Assembly: GCF_038025025.1 (NCBI RefSeq)
Contig: NW_027117343.1
Location: 124,001 to 188,000 of the forward strand
Length of the DNA stretch: 64,000 bases
Direction of reading: 5' to 3'
Source: Phyllosticta citribraziliensis
Lineage: Eukaryota
A program made the translations under genes and the position numbers. Shown piece by piece: positions 12,045-24,600 of the stretch; position 1 is the stretch's first letter, and each line of letters starts with the position of its first letter. The notes beneath the pieces were generated by a model, which was not told the DNA's origin, did no database searches, and saw nothing but the letters and a program-made list of their open reading frames with translations.

Positions 12045-12069
12045 GGGGGGGGGGGGGGGGGGGGGGGGG
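12045..12069 (+). repeat. Poly-G tract (25 nt), intergenic
   Basis: Uninterrupted G run between the convergent 3' ends of two genes. Confidence 0.9.
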
Positions 12070-12660
12070 CCGAAGTACGCTGCGAAAAAGAAGACGAAGA
12101 GATAAACAACCCAACAAACAATCCCCCCCTTTTTAGCCAAGGCTGATCCTGCTTGCTCATTCACTTGCCCGAAGAATCCAGTCCAGAATCCAGAATCCGG
12201 AATGCTTTTGCCCGCTTTTGCGTCGTCGGCCCTGATGCTGATGCTGATGGTGATGCTGGTGCGTGCCCTGCTCGCTTTTGTGCGTGGATGATGGGAGAGG
12301 GAGATGGGAGGAGGATGCGATGCGATCCGCGGAAGCCAGTCCGCGGATAGAGGAAGAGAAGATGACGGGGGACACTCCATTTGGCCAGCCTGGGCGAATG
12401 GGTGGAGAGGGGGAAGAAGAAGAGACACGGCGCCTGCGTGCTCAGTTGCTGGTTTGCTGGGCGGCCTGCCGGGGCTGCCCTCTGGAGGGGTGGGTTTGTC
12501 TCTCTTGCCAGGAAGGCAGACAGACAGACGACGCGGCGTCGTGCATACGCGGGCGAAGCCAGTTCGCCCTGCTGCCGCTGCTGCCGCCAACTGCTGTGCC
12601 GAAAGACTGCGTCTGACGCTTTCGAACTCGAACTCTCACGCTGAAGGCATGCTCCAACGC

Positions 12661-14052
12661 TTAAGTGTAGGTGACGTTGTTCTGGCGCGCAAATCCGAGG
12701 CGGTAGGTCGGCTGCGTCTGGTCATAGACGATAAACTGGCTCTTGATGAAGATGTCGCCGAGAATGGCAACCGACATGCCGCCGTTGCTCTGCAGGCCGC
12801 CGTAGCAGTTACCCGCGTAGTCGACCTGGCCGTAGTTGAGGTAGCTGCCGGGCACCGTCATGTTGGCGCCGGGGGCGAACAGGGTGAAGGTGGGCAGCTT
12901 GGTCGAGCAGGGGTAGATGTACGCGCCCCACGTGTTGCTGTACGTGGCTCTGGGGACCGTGTTCCAGTAGGCCGTGACGATGTCGTTGGGGAGAGCGAGG
13001 AGCGTGGTGCCCGTGTCGACGACGGCGCCGAAGCTCTTGCTGACGACGCTGCCCGTCGTGCCGATGCGGTAGCTGCTCGTCTGGAACTGCCACCAGCCGC
13101 TCGCGTTGTTGACGGGCACGTACGAGATGGAGCCGTTGTACGACTTGGGGTCGATGTAGCCAAACGTGTAGGATCCAATGGCGCCCTTCTTCAGCAGCGA
13201 CGTGAACAGCGGCGCCGCCAGCGTGTTCTTGACGTTGTCGAAAAACGTCCTTTGGCGGGTCGGCCGCACCGAGTTGATGGTGGAGAAGCCGAGACCCATG
13301 AGGCCGTCGTAGGCCGCGTTGACGAACGAGCTGGACGCGTTGAGCGCCGCGCCGATGACCTGGTTGGGGAACTTGACCGCCGACATTTGGAACGTGTCGT
13401 TGTAGACGATGCCCTTGGCGTAGCTGCCGTCCAGGTACGTCAGGCCCCAGGTGAGGTTCTTCTGCAGCACGCCCGACGACACGTCGTACAGGTTGTGGTT
13501 CTTGGATTGGTTGGCGGGCATCAGCGTCGAAAAGGCCCACATGTCGGCACTGCCCGTGTCGATGTTGATCCACAGGTTGCTGGGGCCGATGTAGAGCGGA
13601 ATCATGTAGGCCGTGTCGTACGAGTTGACGGGGTAGCTGTTGGCTTGTCCGACCACTTGGGCCTTTCTCCTGACCATGCGGCCCGTCAGTCCGCCGAGAC
13701 CTTCGCTGAGCCCAGACACAGCAGTCGGGACCGCTGCAAGAACACTGCCAACAGCTTCGGCCACCGGGGTAGGAATCAATCCAGTCGTGGCGAGAATGGT
13801 CGGCGCGGCCGAGGCGATGGCAGCTCCGGCGGCAGCCAGCGCGGGAGGCTCAAAGCCATATCTGTAAAAGAGGTTTTGGTACTCGATGGGGCCGCTTCGC
13901 AGTTGGAGACCGTGGGTCTCTTGGGTGAGAGTAAAGTTGCCCGGGCCGTTGAGGGTAGATGAGATCAAGCCCGGCAATTGGCGCTCCTCCAGAGGAGCGG
14001 CCGCTGCCAGCAGCGGGAAAAGGAAAGAGAAGACAGAGGCGGAAGAAGGCAT
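12661..14052 (-). CDS. Secreted pepsin-family (A1) aspartic protease, aspergillopepsin/penicillopepsin-like
   Basis: Signal peptide, propeptide, two catalytic motifs IDTGSADMW and VDTGTTL, flap WGLTYLDGS, DGLMGLGF, ILGDIFIKSQFIVYD. Intronless. Confidence 0.95.
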   Translation of the reverse strand: MPSSASVFSFLFPLLAAAAPLEERQLPGLISSTLNGPGNFTLTQETHGLQLRSGPIEYQNLFYRYGFEPPALAAAGAAIASAAPTILATTGLIPTPVAEAVGSVLAAVPTAVSGLSEGLGGLTGRMVRRKAQVVGQANSYPVNSYDTAYMIPLYIGPSNLWINIDTGSADMWAFSTLMPANQSKNHNLYDVSSGVLQKNLTWGLTYLDGSYAKGIVYNDTFQMSAVKFPNQVIGAALNASSSFVNAAYDGLMGLGFSTINSVRPTRQRTFFDNVKNTLAAPLFTSLLKKGAIGSYTFGYIDPKSYNGSISYVPVNNASGWWQFQTSSYRIGTTGSVVSKSFGAVVDTGTTLLALPNDIVTAYWNTVPRATYSNTWGAYIYPCSTKLPTFTLFAPGANMTVPGSYLNYGQVDYAGNCYGGLQSNGGMSVAILGDIFIKSQFIVYDQTQPTYRLGFARQNNVTYT

Positions 14053-15775
14053 GATTGATTATGAGTGCTGGATGCAGATGCAAAAACGAGAAGGGGAATG
14101 CTGGGTTGGATGCTGTTTGACTGGCGGACAGCCCGTCATCTTTATATCACTACTCCAGCATCTCGGCATGGCATGCACTGCCAGTGTGCGCCGCCTTCGA
14201 TGCAGTCTGGCTGCCATCACGCAAACTCCACAAAACTCCAGCGTAACCAGTGGAGCCAGAGCCTAGAACGACGCTTGGCAGAAAGCCAAAAGCTGGGTAG
14301 ACTAGCTGAGCTCGGGGTATTCCACGTGTGTTCTGAAGCGCATTCGTGGATGTTCCAAACCAAGGGATGTTGGGAGACCGCTATAGAGGTAGGATTTGGG
14401 CTTTCCTGGTTGGCCAAAGGGTCTTGATATCTCGCCGGATTTGGCTAGAGCTCATGGCAGTCTATCCAACGCCACGGTGAGCTTCTGCTTGGCTGGATTT
14501 CCTGTGGCAAGCGCTCTCAACGGGCGCGTTCTCGATCCAGATAGTTTTGTTTCACTAGACGAATGATGTGCGAGGTTGAGGTTTCTTTCATTGACGGTCA
14601 GCCTTTACGACGGAGAATCGGCCATCTCATTGGCGTATGCACGTATTTTCTGGGCAGAACGCCACTTCTTTTTCTGTTTTGGCCTCCAGAATGGTTCGCA
14701 CACGTCGGTAGAAAGAAATCGCGACGAGATAATTTAGCGGTAGACTTTCCCTAGGTCTGAGCAAAGAACCGTTGTCCAGACGCATGCTTCAAAGATCTGC
14801 CAGTGAAAAAATTCCACGAGGTCGACCAGCCGGAACGAGACTTTCGTGAAGGACGTCTCGAGGAGTTTTCTGCCAAGACAATGAAACTCTGATTAAGTCT
14901 GGTATCATCAAGAGACGCTTCAGTCGAATGCATCAAGTCCAACGCAAAGGATGGAATGCGGGGAGTGCTGAGCCTCAGCCACCCGGTACATTCCACGACG
15001 CCTATCACGAATAGCGCAGTTACGCGGAGGCTCTGTGGCTTTCCGAAGCCGCGAAACAATGCGGTTGTTGTGGAGGCTAGGAGGAGAGGCTCCCGTTCCC
15101 CAGAATGGTGGCGGAGCTGGTCGTCCCCTTCCCACGGCTTCTTCTCCCGGCGGGCAAGCCGTCTGCATCTGGCGTCTCTCCAGCTGAACATCTGAAACTC
15201 GAGCTGAAGAGTTTCGCGATGGATTGAGGCTGGTTGTTTCTTTCCAGGACGCTCGTTCTGGCCCAACGCTCGCCAAGAATGTGCCGTCGAACTGGTTGCG
15301 TTTGGGAGCCATCGCATTCCGTCGAGCGGTCATGGAGGTCCAGGAGCAGGAGATGGGGTTTTTGCGGAATGCGTGTCGTGGCGTTTGCAGAAGCGCAGTG
15401 TTCCCAAAGAGGAAAGAGCGTGGGTGGTGACAAATGAAGTGAACCGAGAGCAAAAGTCAAAAGACATGGAGACCTTGACTAACGCAGCCCGTGTTGACCG
15501 CGCCAACGGGCCCAGGGCAACCACTCGACGTCGTCCACGCTCCCGCTAGCAACACCTCACCGCCGCCGCCGTCCTCTCTCTCTCTCATCCCTCTCTTCGA
15601 CGTCCCAGACGACGGCCGGTCGAGGCTCGCTCTCAACCAGCCGTTTTGCTGCTCCCCAGTCTTCGGCACTTGATCCACTGGAGACTTCGTTCGCTGTCGT
15701 CATTCGAGTACTATCGAATTCGCAGCATCGCACACCGCATTGGGAGGTTTCGACCTTCCTGGCATCTGCCGCGCA

Positions 15776-17384
15776 ATGACGTCTCTCGTGGACACGCTCA
15801 GTGCGCTATCGACGCCGTCTCGGGCCATGCTTGTCATTGCAATCGTTGTCGTCATCTTGACGGCCATCTCAAGGGCGCTGTCAATTGTGCCGGAGCCTGG
15901 AGAGCCGCCGTTCGTGCCGTCCAAGGTGCCGTGGATAGGCCACGCCATTGGCATGTTCCAACACGGCAAGCGATATTTCAAAACGATAGAGTACTGTGAC
16001 AACTGACCACCACGACGAGTCGCGTGCTCATGCGTCGAACAGCAAGAAATACGGCTACGACATGTACACGCTGCCGATGTTGGGCTCGCGGACGTACATT
16101 ATAACGTCGCCCAACCTGGTCGTCGCAGTCAACCGCGCATCCAAGACGATATCGTTCAGGCCGTTCATTGCGCAAATCTTCACGCGGCTGGCCCCGCTGG
16201 ACAGCAACGCGCACAAGATCAACATGGACTCGCTCGGCGACCCCAACGGTCTGCTGGCGCGCAGTCACGAGATTGTCAACAACGCAGTCCTGTCCGGCCC
16301 CGTGTCGGAAGGCCTTTCCCGCGAGCTGCTGCGCGGCATCGCCTCCAACGTCAACGGCTGGGGCCGCCAACGCGAGCGCGTCAAGCTCGCCGACATCCCC
16401 AAGCAGCTGTTTGGCGACGCCACCATCACCGCCGTCTTCGGGCCCGGTCTCCTGGAGCAGGACTCAGGGCTCTCCCAGGCGTATTGGGACTGGGACAGCG
16501 GGCTTGTCGAGCTCACCTTTATGCCGCTGCCGTGGCTGACGTACCGCAGAGCCTACCTCGGGCGTCGCAGACTGCACAGGGCGCTGGAGCGCTTCATGCA
16601 GACGGGCCGGTACAAGGAAGGAAGCCAGATGTTGCAAGATCGCATCGCGCTGCATACGGGATGTGGTTACTCGTGGAAGATGGCCGGGTACATTGAGCTG
16701 GGAATGATAATTGCCGCATTGCCCAACTCGACGTATTCGGCCTTTTGGCTCCTCAGCCACGTCTTTGCCGACAAGTCGTTCCTCCAGGAAGTAAGAGAAG
16801 ACGTGGCTGTGGCCGTCGAGCGCGTAGGAGAAAAGGCCATTGTCGACATCGACACGGCGCGAACCCGCTGCCCGCTTCTCCAATCAGCCTTCCGCGAAGT
16901 CCTGCGACTCCACCAGCCCACCTCGTCCTGGCGGACCGTCCTCGAAGACACGCGACTCGACCAATACCTCGTCAAAAAGGATTCGCTTCTCCTGGTCGAA
17001 GGCGGCCTCATCCACACCAAACCCGCCATCTGGGGCGCCGACGCGCTCGAGTTCAACCCGCGCCGCTTCATCGACTCGCCGAGCGGCACGCGCCTCGACG
17101 GCACCGCGGTCCACCCGGCCAGCTTCCGCGGCTTTGGCAGTGGAAACGTCTACTGTCCCGGCCGCAACGTCGCGCAGGTCGAGGTGTTTGCGCTGATTAT
17201 TGCCCTCGTGATGGGCTTCGACGCTGAAGGCGTGGATGGCCCGGTCGCCGTGCCGCCCGTCGTCGACGACAGCATTCCCCTCGGTGTCGGGCGGCCGCGC
17301 TGGGAGCCCGTGGTCAACATGTCGAGGCGAAGCGGCTGGGAGGACGTCACTTGGGATTTCCGGCTCTCGATATCGAGGCAATGA
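15776..17384 (+). CDS. Cytochrome P450 (CYP7/sterol-hydroxylase-like fungal group), 2 exons
   Basis: N-terminal TM anchor + EPPFVPSKVPWIGHAIG, ExxR (EVLR), FNPRRF, heme motif FGSGNVYCPGR. Intron 15991-16042 joins ORFs 15740 and 15996. Confidence 0.92.
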
Positions 17385-17966
17385 CGCTGAGACGCTGTAG
17401 GTGGTGCTTTTGTTCAATGTCTGCTTTTATCAGTACAGGTACGGCCGAGGATGTTCCGTGCATCTTCACCCGCAATTCAATGGCAGGTTGGTTGAAGAAA
17501 AGGTTGCAAGCGTGACTGCTCAACGGCCAAGAGGTGTCGTGGGTGTTGAGCTGGAGTTCTGGGCGGGGTTCGGTTGGCTGGGGCGTTCATGTTGTTGGAA
17601 GTTCGGTTCCGGTGACCGAGCAACCACCACACTCGACCACCGCACACGACACCCACCTCACCACCGTGACCTCAACCGCCCAGAGAACCATCTACACTAC
17701 TCGCACCAATCTGTCGGTCAGCATGCAAATCTCGCTTGGCCACATCACAAGTGTGCCACGGGCGCTGCAATGGGCTCTCCCCGCAGCTCTTGGTACCTTA
17801 GTTGGTGACCCAGTGCCTTGGTTGCATGGTGACGATGTCACATAGCCCACGTCAGGCCAGGCCTTCAACAATTCTCGCTCTTGTATTTATCATCCCTCAC
17901 TCGCCATCTCTCGTCGCTCCAGTCTCCACTCCTCCTACAAAGGTTTTTTACAAAGCAGCCCTCTGC

Positions 17967-19861
17967 ATGTCAGCCATGCTCGTGCTCATCCTCATCCTGT
18001 TGGCCGCACTTGCGCCCTGCCCCGCAGTAGGGCGCGGCTGGAAACGGCGCGAAGTTCTCTTTGTAACCTCGTACACCGGTGGATTCCAAGATCGCGGCTA
18101 CGTCGCGACCTTGTTGCTCCAACAAAAGAAGACGAAGAAAAAGGAGCAAGACAAGTGGCAGATGGATCCCATAACCTGGGATACAAGGTGTGGCGCCAGT
18201 CCTTCGTCTGTATTCGTGGACGATAGCCGCGGAATGATGTATTGCATTGACGAAGGCCTCGGCGCTCCCAATGGCTCAATCACGAGTTACAAACTCTTCT
18301 TCGCACCCGGACCCTTTCGTACCGGTTCGTTCACAGGCCAATTCCGACCGCCCCGCGGCCATGTCATCACGCTGCCTGGCGGGGTCAGTGCGACGACCTA
18401 TGGATATAGCAAGAAGGACTGGTACGCTCCCACGGAATTTGATCGGGATGACTGGCTCTTTGGCAAGGTTTATCCCCAAATCAGTAATGTATGTACCTGA
18501 CAACTTTATTGAGAAGCGGCCTCTTGACAAGCTAATCCATTTTCAGACAAGAGGCCGCCGGTCGCCACATTACCTGGCGGTCGCTCACTACAACGGTAGC
18601 GCTCTCAGCGGCTGGAAGACAGACAAAAGTCTGGCGCGTGTGTACGATTGGGATCTGAAAACCGGCGCCGGGCACTACATCTACCAGCTCGATAAGCCCG
18701 GCCCAAACCCCCAACGACAAGAAGCATCGCACCCGCACCAGGCCCTCCTCGACCCGACCAAGGAATTCCTCCTCGTTCCTGACCTTGGCGCTGACATGGT
18801 CCGCATCTATCAAAACAGCAGAGGGCCTGAAGCGTCCCAGGGAGAGGGAGTGGGCTATTTGGACCCTCAGCCCCCGCTGCTTATCCCTGCTGGCTGCGGC
18901 CCGCGCCACGGAGCTTTCGTCAGGTACAAGTCCGAGATGCCAAAGAAGGAGCGGAAGAAGGATAAGGTCTATCAGAATTGGAACACCTACTTCCATCTTG
19001 TTTGCGAATTGAACAACTCGATTATATCCTACAAGGTCAATTACGTCAAGCGTCCCGACGGAAAAGCCTGGTTTCCCACCTGGTCGGACGAAAAAGGCAA
19101 CAAGAACCTGGCACAAGCCCTCGAATTCAAACAAATAGGCCTCCAGAACACCTTTGGCGGTGCTCGCGTTCCCGAAGGCGCGGCTGCTGCTGAGATAGTG
19201 GTATCGGTAAGACAGTCCTCGGCGCAGTACCACCAACCACTTGTCGCTAACCACATCACAGCCCGACAAAAAGTTCGTCATTGTGTCGAATCGCAACGAC
19301 TCGTCCTTCCCCGACTTTCGCACCAAAGGCCCATCGTACCCGGATCCAAGAGAACCTCTGCGCAAGGTGGAATCCGACTCTCTGGCCACCTATTCCATCG
19401 CCAGCGACGGTTCCTTGAATTTTGAAGAGCTGTCGCCGGCAGGCGGCAGCTTTCCGCGCTCCTTCGCGTTGAACAAGAAGGGGGACGTCGTGGCCGTTGC
19501 GCTGCAATACAGCAAGACGCTGTCGTTCTTCCACCGCAACGTGACAAGTGGGCGGATGGGGCGGGAATTCCTCAGACAAGAAGACATGGGCAACCTGACG
19601 TCGGTCAGCTTTTGGAAACGCTCAGTGAAATACCAAGGGCCGTTTCCTGGCGGGTACGACGCGGCGAACATGTGCTTGGTAAAGATTGATAAAACGGATC
19701 CGGGCATATGCCACAAAAAGGTTTTCCATTGGCCCGAGTCGTTTGTGTGGCCTGAAGATTGGCGAAAGCTCCAGGATTATCCGGCGCCTGGTACGAGTTT
19801 GATTGACAAGTTCCCTTGGGCTACATACGATTACGTCTCCGATGTCAAGTGGATATTTTAG
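17967..19861 (+). CDS. Secreted lactonase-family 7-bladed beta-propeller (6-phosphogluconolactonase / carboxymuconate cyclase-like), 3 exons
   Basis: Signal peptide; motifs GPNPQRQEASHPHQALLDPT..FLLVPDLGAD, GCGPRHG, CELNN, AAEIVVS/PDKKFVIVSNR, GGSFPRSF. Introns 18489-18546 and 19207-19261. Confidence 0.88.
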
Positions 19862-20153
19862 TACTTCGTGTACATAATATAGATTGACGGTATTTCACGA
19901 TTTCAAAACAGACAAGATGGACTAAATAGAACTTACTTACCTACCTACCTACCTATATGAATGATAATGGTTCGTTTCCTGTACAGGCTGGAATAGAGTA
20001 GAGTCGTGCGCAGAATGACCTGACGTCTATGAAGCGGTGGGGCAACGGCGGCCGTTGGTCATCAGATGGCACCGCTATCCCCGCCATCGCGTACCGTAGT
20101 GGACCCCATCCGGATCCCATCCAACCCGCGCACCTCACTCCGCTCGCGCAACC

Positions 20154-21496
20154 ATGGCCACAATCTTCGCCACGACACCATGCCTCGCTCGCTCGGCCCC
20201 GCGTCTCTCTGCCGCGAGCCTGCGCTGCTGTTTGGCGCCCATTGACCGCCACCAACGCCGCCGACTGCACTTTGGCCGGGACGCGCCGCGACAGGTGCCG
20301 GACTTTGCCTTTGCCTTTGAGTAAGTGTACGGCACCGTCTTCCTCGCCAACAAGATTGACGCCTAACAGCACCACCACTCCAGCATCGACGGCGTGCTGC
20401 TGCGCTCGTCCGACCCCATCCCGCGCGCCCACGCCGCCCTCTCATTCCTCCAGCGCGAATCGATACCCTTCATCCTGCTCACCAATGGCGGCGGCAAGCA
20501 CGAGGCGGACCGCGTGGCCGAGCTGAGCGACAAGCTCAAGCTGCCACTGGACACGGGCCTGTTTGTGCAGAGCCACACGCCGTTTGCCGACATGGAGCAC
20601 TACAAGGACAAGACGGTGCTGGTGGTCGGCGGCGACGGCGGCAAGTGTCGCGATGTCGCCGAGCAGTGAGTGCCGCCCGCACAGCCCAAACCCCCCCGCT
20701 CGAGATCCCGCGCTGATATCGTCTGTGATGTGATAGATACGGCTACCGCAACGTCATCACCCCCGCCGACATCTACCTCTCGAACCCGGACATCTGGCCC
20801 TTCAGCGGCGCGCTGCTCCCGCACTACGCGCAATTCGCGCGGCCACTGTCCTCCGCAGCGCCCAAAATCGACGCCATCTTCGTCTATGCCGACCCGCGCG
20901 ACTGGGGACTCGACCTGGCCCTCATCGTCGACCTACTGCTGTCGGCGCGTGGGCAGCTGGGCACGCTGTCGGCGCTCAACGGCCGCGCCGACCTGCCCAA
21001 CGCCGGCTTCCAACAGGACGCGCAGCCGGCGCTGCACTTCAGCAACCCGGACCTGTGGTGGGCGGCGCGGTACCACCTGGCGCGGCTGGGCCAGGGCGGC
21101 TTCCGCGAGGCGCTCGAGGGCGTGTGGGCCAAGGTGACGGACGGCAAGGCCGCGCTGCACAAGCACGTCTACGGCAAGCCGTACCAGGCGACGTACGAGT
21201 TTGCCGAGAAGCGCCTGCTGCGCCATCGCGAGACGCTGTTTGGCGCCGACGCTGCGCGCGGCACGGCGCTCCGCACCGTTTACATGGTCGGCGATAACCC
21301 GGAGAGCGATATCCGCGGCGCGAATGGGTTCAGGAGCCCCGTGGGCACCGAGTGGCGTAGTCTGCTCGTGCGGACCGGCGTGTATCAGGAGGGCAGCGAG
21401 TTGAGCGTCACGCCGACGCGCATTGTCCCTGATGTCTTTGAGGCGGTGAAGGCGGCGCTGGGAGAGAGGAAGTGGGCGTCGAGGTTGGAAGAATAG
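20154..21496 (+). CDS. HAD-superfamily subfamily IIA hydrolase (CECR5/HDHD5-like), probable mitochondrial presequence, 3 exons
   Basis: FAFAFD/IDGVL motif I split by intron 20321-20383; LTNGGG; SNPDLWW; GKP; YMVGDNPESDIRGAN; SLLVRTGVY. Second intron 20666-20736. Confidence 0.92.
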
Positions 21497-22151
21497 GGGA
21501 TTGTGGATTGGTAGGCTGGTGGCCACCTGATGGCGCTGTTGGTTAACTGCATTGGTAGCGTTGAAGCGTAGGTAGGTGGTGCAGTGTACATGTAGGCACC
21601 CACGTGGCAGACCTGAGTAGCAGCATTGACAGAGCATGGCATCACATCATCATCACCACCCCTGGACCCTGGAATCCATGATTGACACCAAACATAAAGT
21701 CTCAGCCTTTCTCGAAAGTGTCCTTCCGTTCGTTGCGTTGCGGCCCTGGAAATCGCGACAACTGTCGAATCAAAAGACTTCCATATGACGACGCAAAGAT
21801 GGGCAAACCGAACGTGCAACCAGGATAAGAATTTGTGGGTAATGAGATGCATCCACACCAATGGAAAGGAGTTGTTGTCAAAGTACGTCACTCGCCACAG
21901 CCTTGGGGCGGCGAAAAAGCACATGTGTGCCTTACTGCCTTCAACAGATGAAATTGGGGGTTGCAGAATTGCGGCATCGTCAATTACAACAAAGGCAATA
22001 ATTTGAGTCCATTCTTCACCCCCTACCATATTCCATATCCACCTTGTGGTTCTGAATCCACCCTCTCATTGTCTGAAACCACCTCCTATTATCTCATTCC
22101 ACCCTCTCTCATATCGTCGGACCTGTCTGCAGACTTGCTGACGTGTTAAAC

Positions 22152-23183
22152 CTAACGGATGACAAAACGTCCCAACGGAGTCCCATAATATGGACGTGAG
22201 AAATCCGGCAGCGGCTTTACTAGTTGAACTGCTCGGGTGATGTAGCTGTTGACCGTGTCGTATTCATAAGGAGGGCCTAAGTCGTCTTGCACATCTGGTT
22301 CCATGCGCAAGTACGCCAGGACCAGCTGAGGGTAGGTCGACGTCATTCCAATGCGGCGTGCCGCCTCGACGGCCGCAACCACAAAGTCCGTGATGGAAGC
22401 ACCAACGCTCGAGACGTGTAGACGGGAGAAACGAGGCTTTTCCAGATCCGTAAACCGTTCTCGGCGATCAAAGATGCCGGTTGGCTTCCCCCACCTCTTG
22501 CGCAGCAAGTCGGCCCAAATGGAAATGCCCTCTCCAGTAACAGCCTGGTTGCGTAGTTCTCTGGTCAAGACTGAGGCATACCACGTGCGAGCGGATCCAA
22601 GGAGGCAGAGGTGAAGGTTCACGCGAACCTCTGAGACGGAAATTCTTCGCGGAACGGCGTATACGGCGTCAATGAACAGGTCCACATCGCGGTAATACAT
22701 GACGCCCCTATTACAAACAGCTTTGCCGGCGCCGTATTCTTGAACCCCAAGATCTGGATCAAAGAAGCCAACCTTCTTTGGTCGGAATTCCTGACGACGG
22801 GCTTCTACCAGGACATTTAGCATATTCGGGGAGCGGGTTTGAAATTGGTCTCTCTCGGCCTCCAGGGCTGCCAGGCGCTCGCTCAGAGCATCGAACTTTT
22901 CTCTCAATCGTTTGGTCTCGCTTTTGCACTCAGCAACCCCCGTGGCCTGTCTAGTAGCTGTATTTTTCGTGAAGAGGTCCACGTTGTTGACAAGCTGATT
23001 TGTTGACCGGCTCAGTAGTCGATTTGAGAACAAGAGCATGTCGACCAAGACCCGTGGGACAAGCTCTGGAGGTGATGCAGTCTCCGTAGGCGCAGCCTCG
23101 CTGCTGCCACCCGACGGCGTAGGAATGACCGGCTCGTCCGAGTCGGAGTCGCTCTCGGGGTGGGATGCTTGGGAAGTTGGCAT
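22152..23183 (-). CDS. Stand-alone retrotransposon Gag/capsid-like protein, paralog 1 (343 aa, intronless)
   Basis: ATG in ACAGCCATG context; Ser-rich N-terminus, coiled coil, then GFFDP...YYRDVDLFID...NLHLCLLGSARTWY...W..LL..RW...FV..AV..ARRIG....YPQL.LAY.RM...PP. Clearly homologous to the three ORFs at 47-51 kb. Confidence 0.75.
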   Translation of the reverse strand: MPTSQASHPESDSDSDEPVIPTPSGGSSEAAPTETASPPELVPRVLVDMLLFSNRLLSRSTNQLVNNVDLFTKNTATRQATGVAECKSETKRLREKFDALSERLAALEAERDQFQTRSPNMLNVLVEARRQEFRPKKVGFFDPDLGVQEYGAGKAVCNRGVMYYRDVDLFIDAVYAVPRRISVSEVRVNLHLCLLGSARTWYASVLTRELRNQAVTGEGISIWADLLRKRWGKPTGIFDRRERFTDLEKPRFSRLHVSSVGASITDFVVAAVEAARRIGMTSTYPQLVLAYLRMEPDVQDDLGPPYEYDTVNSYITRAVQLVKPLPDFSRPYYGTPLGRFVIR

Positions 23184-23801
23184 GGCTGTTCTGGACAACA
23201 AACCTCCTGCGACTGGTGCCAAAGCCGGTGGAACCGCAGTGATCGCACAACGATTTATCGTGACTGAAAGGAGACGGAACGTCGATGGCGAGGCCGGATG
23301 AGAGGAGGGAAGCCGTTGAACTTGTATCCTCGCTTCTGTTTTGCTGAAGGGATGGTACGGAGCTGAAACGGTACTGTCGCGCTGGCCCCAAAGAGGTGAA
23401 GCAAGACAGGGAGCGGATAGGCGAATTCAGCCAAAAATTTGGCCAAGGGAGAAACGAGAATAGAGTAGGGTGCGGCGTGACTAGTCCGGTGACGTTTTCT
23501 TCCGCGCATTAACTCCACACTAAGAGTAGGAGTAGGAAAACACCAGTACGTCTCTCTTGCAAGTTCCAGTCTCCACATTCCATTTCTGCATCTGCACACA
23601 CGCCAAAAAGAGCTGCTGCGAATGGGACGTCCATGAATGAAGGTCGGAAGTGAGTCAGTAAGCGAGCGTGCGAGCAAGTGCGCCATCCGTACACTTGCAG
23701 GAGTGTTCAGCAGATCACCATATTAGCCCAAGTCCCGTTGCGCTCAGCCATACCAAAATACACCGCATACTTCAAGATTCCCCCTCAACTCTCATCCGCA
23801 T

Positions 23802-24600
23802 CTATTGCTGCTGCTGCTCCGTGAACTGCTCCACTTCCTCCTGCAACCGCCGCCTCGCCGCCAGATCCCACTCCCTCGCCTCAAACAGATAAATATACAC
23901 GTCCCTCGCAAACGGCGACTCGCACATGAGCTCCATAAAGACCCGCGAGTGCCTGAGCACGGGGCCATTCTCGGCCGCGTAGATGAGGACCTCTTCCTTG
24001 ACGCCGTTCCGATTCTCGGCCACGTGGTCGTAGATGAAGCGCACGGCGTCGACGTACTCCTGCTGGTGCTCTTCGTTGGCCATGTCCATGCGGTATTTCA
24101 GTGTCGCGGCGAAGTTGCGCTGTGCTGTCTTCTACAGCCCGCTGATCTGGTAGTAGCGCGCGGCGATGTACACCTTGGCGTGCCTGATGAGCGCGTTGGC
24201 GTCGTGCAGCACCGGATAGGCCGTCGCTTAGATGTATTTGACCATGGCTTGCAGAATGGCGGGGTCCTCGTCGAGGATGATGACGGGCTCTGTTGACTCC
24301 TGCGTCGAAAGCCATTATTAGTGCTTGTCAAGTTTTAGAATTCACAGGTTAGCATCCTACGATGCTGTGACCGTGTACCTTAAACCCGTTCTTGGTGCTC
24401 AGCATGGCGCGGAAAAAGGCACTTCCGACGCTCAGGACGACCCTGTGCGCTTTGATCTGCACATCGCCGCAGACAATAGTGATGTCAGAGAATTTGCCTG
24501 TTTGGAGGTGTCTTGTTAAGGTGTCAGTCTGGAAGTGTCTTGGCTGTCTCCTAAATCCGTCTTTAAAAGTAACTTACTCGCTGAGCTTTCTGGTGTACAT
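23802..24600 (-). pseudogene. BTB/POZ-domain gene with two in-frame stops
   Basis: Exons give MYTRKLSE/HLQTGKFSDITIVCGDVQIKAHRVVLSVGSAFFRAMLSTKNGFK/ESTEPVIILDEDPAILQAMVKYI*...YIAARYYQISGL*K. Introns 24512-24577 and 24300-24378; TAA at 24228-24230, TAG at 24132-24134. Confidence 0.85.

Noticed and set aside
12304..13962. 552-aa plus-strand ORF
   Set aside because: Antisense shadow of the aspartic protease.
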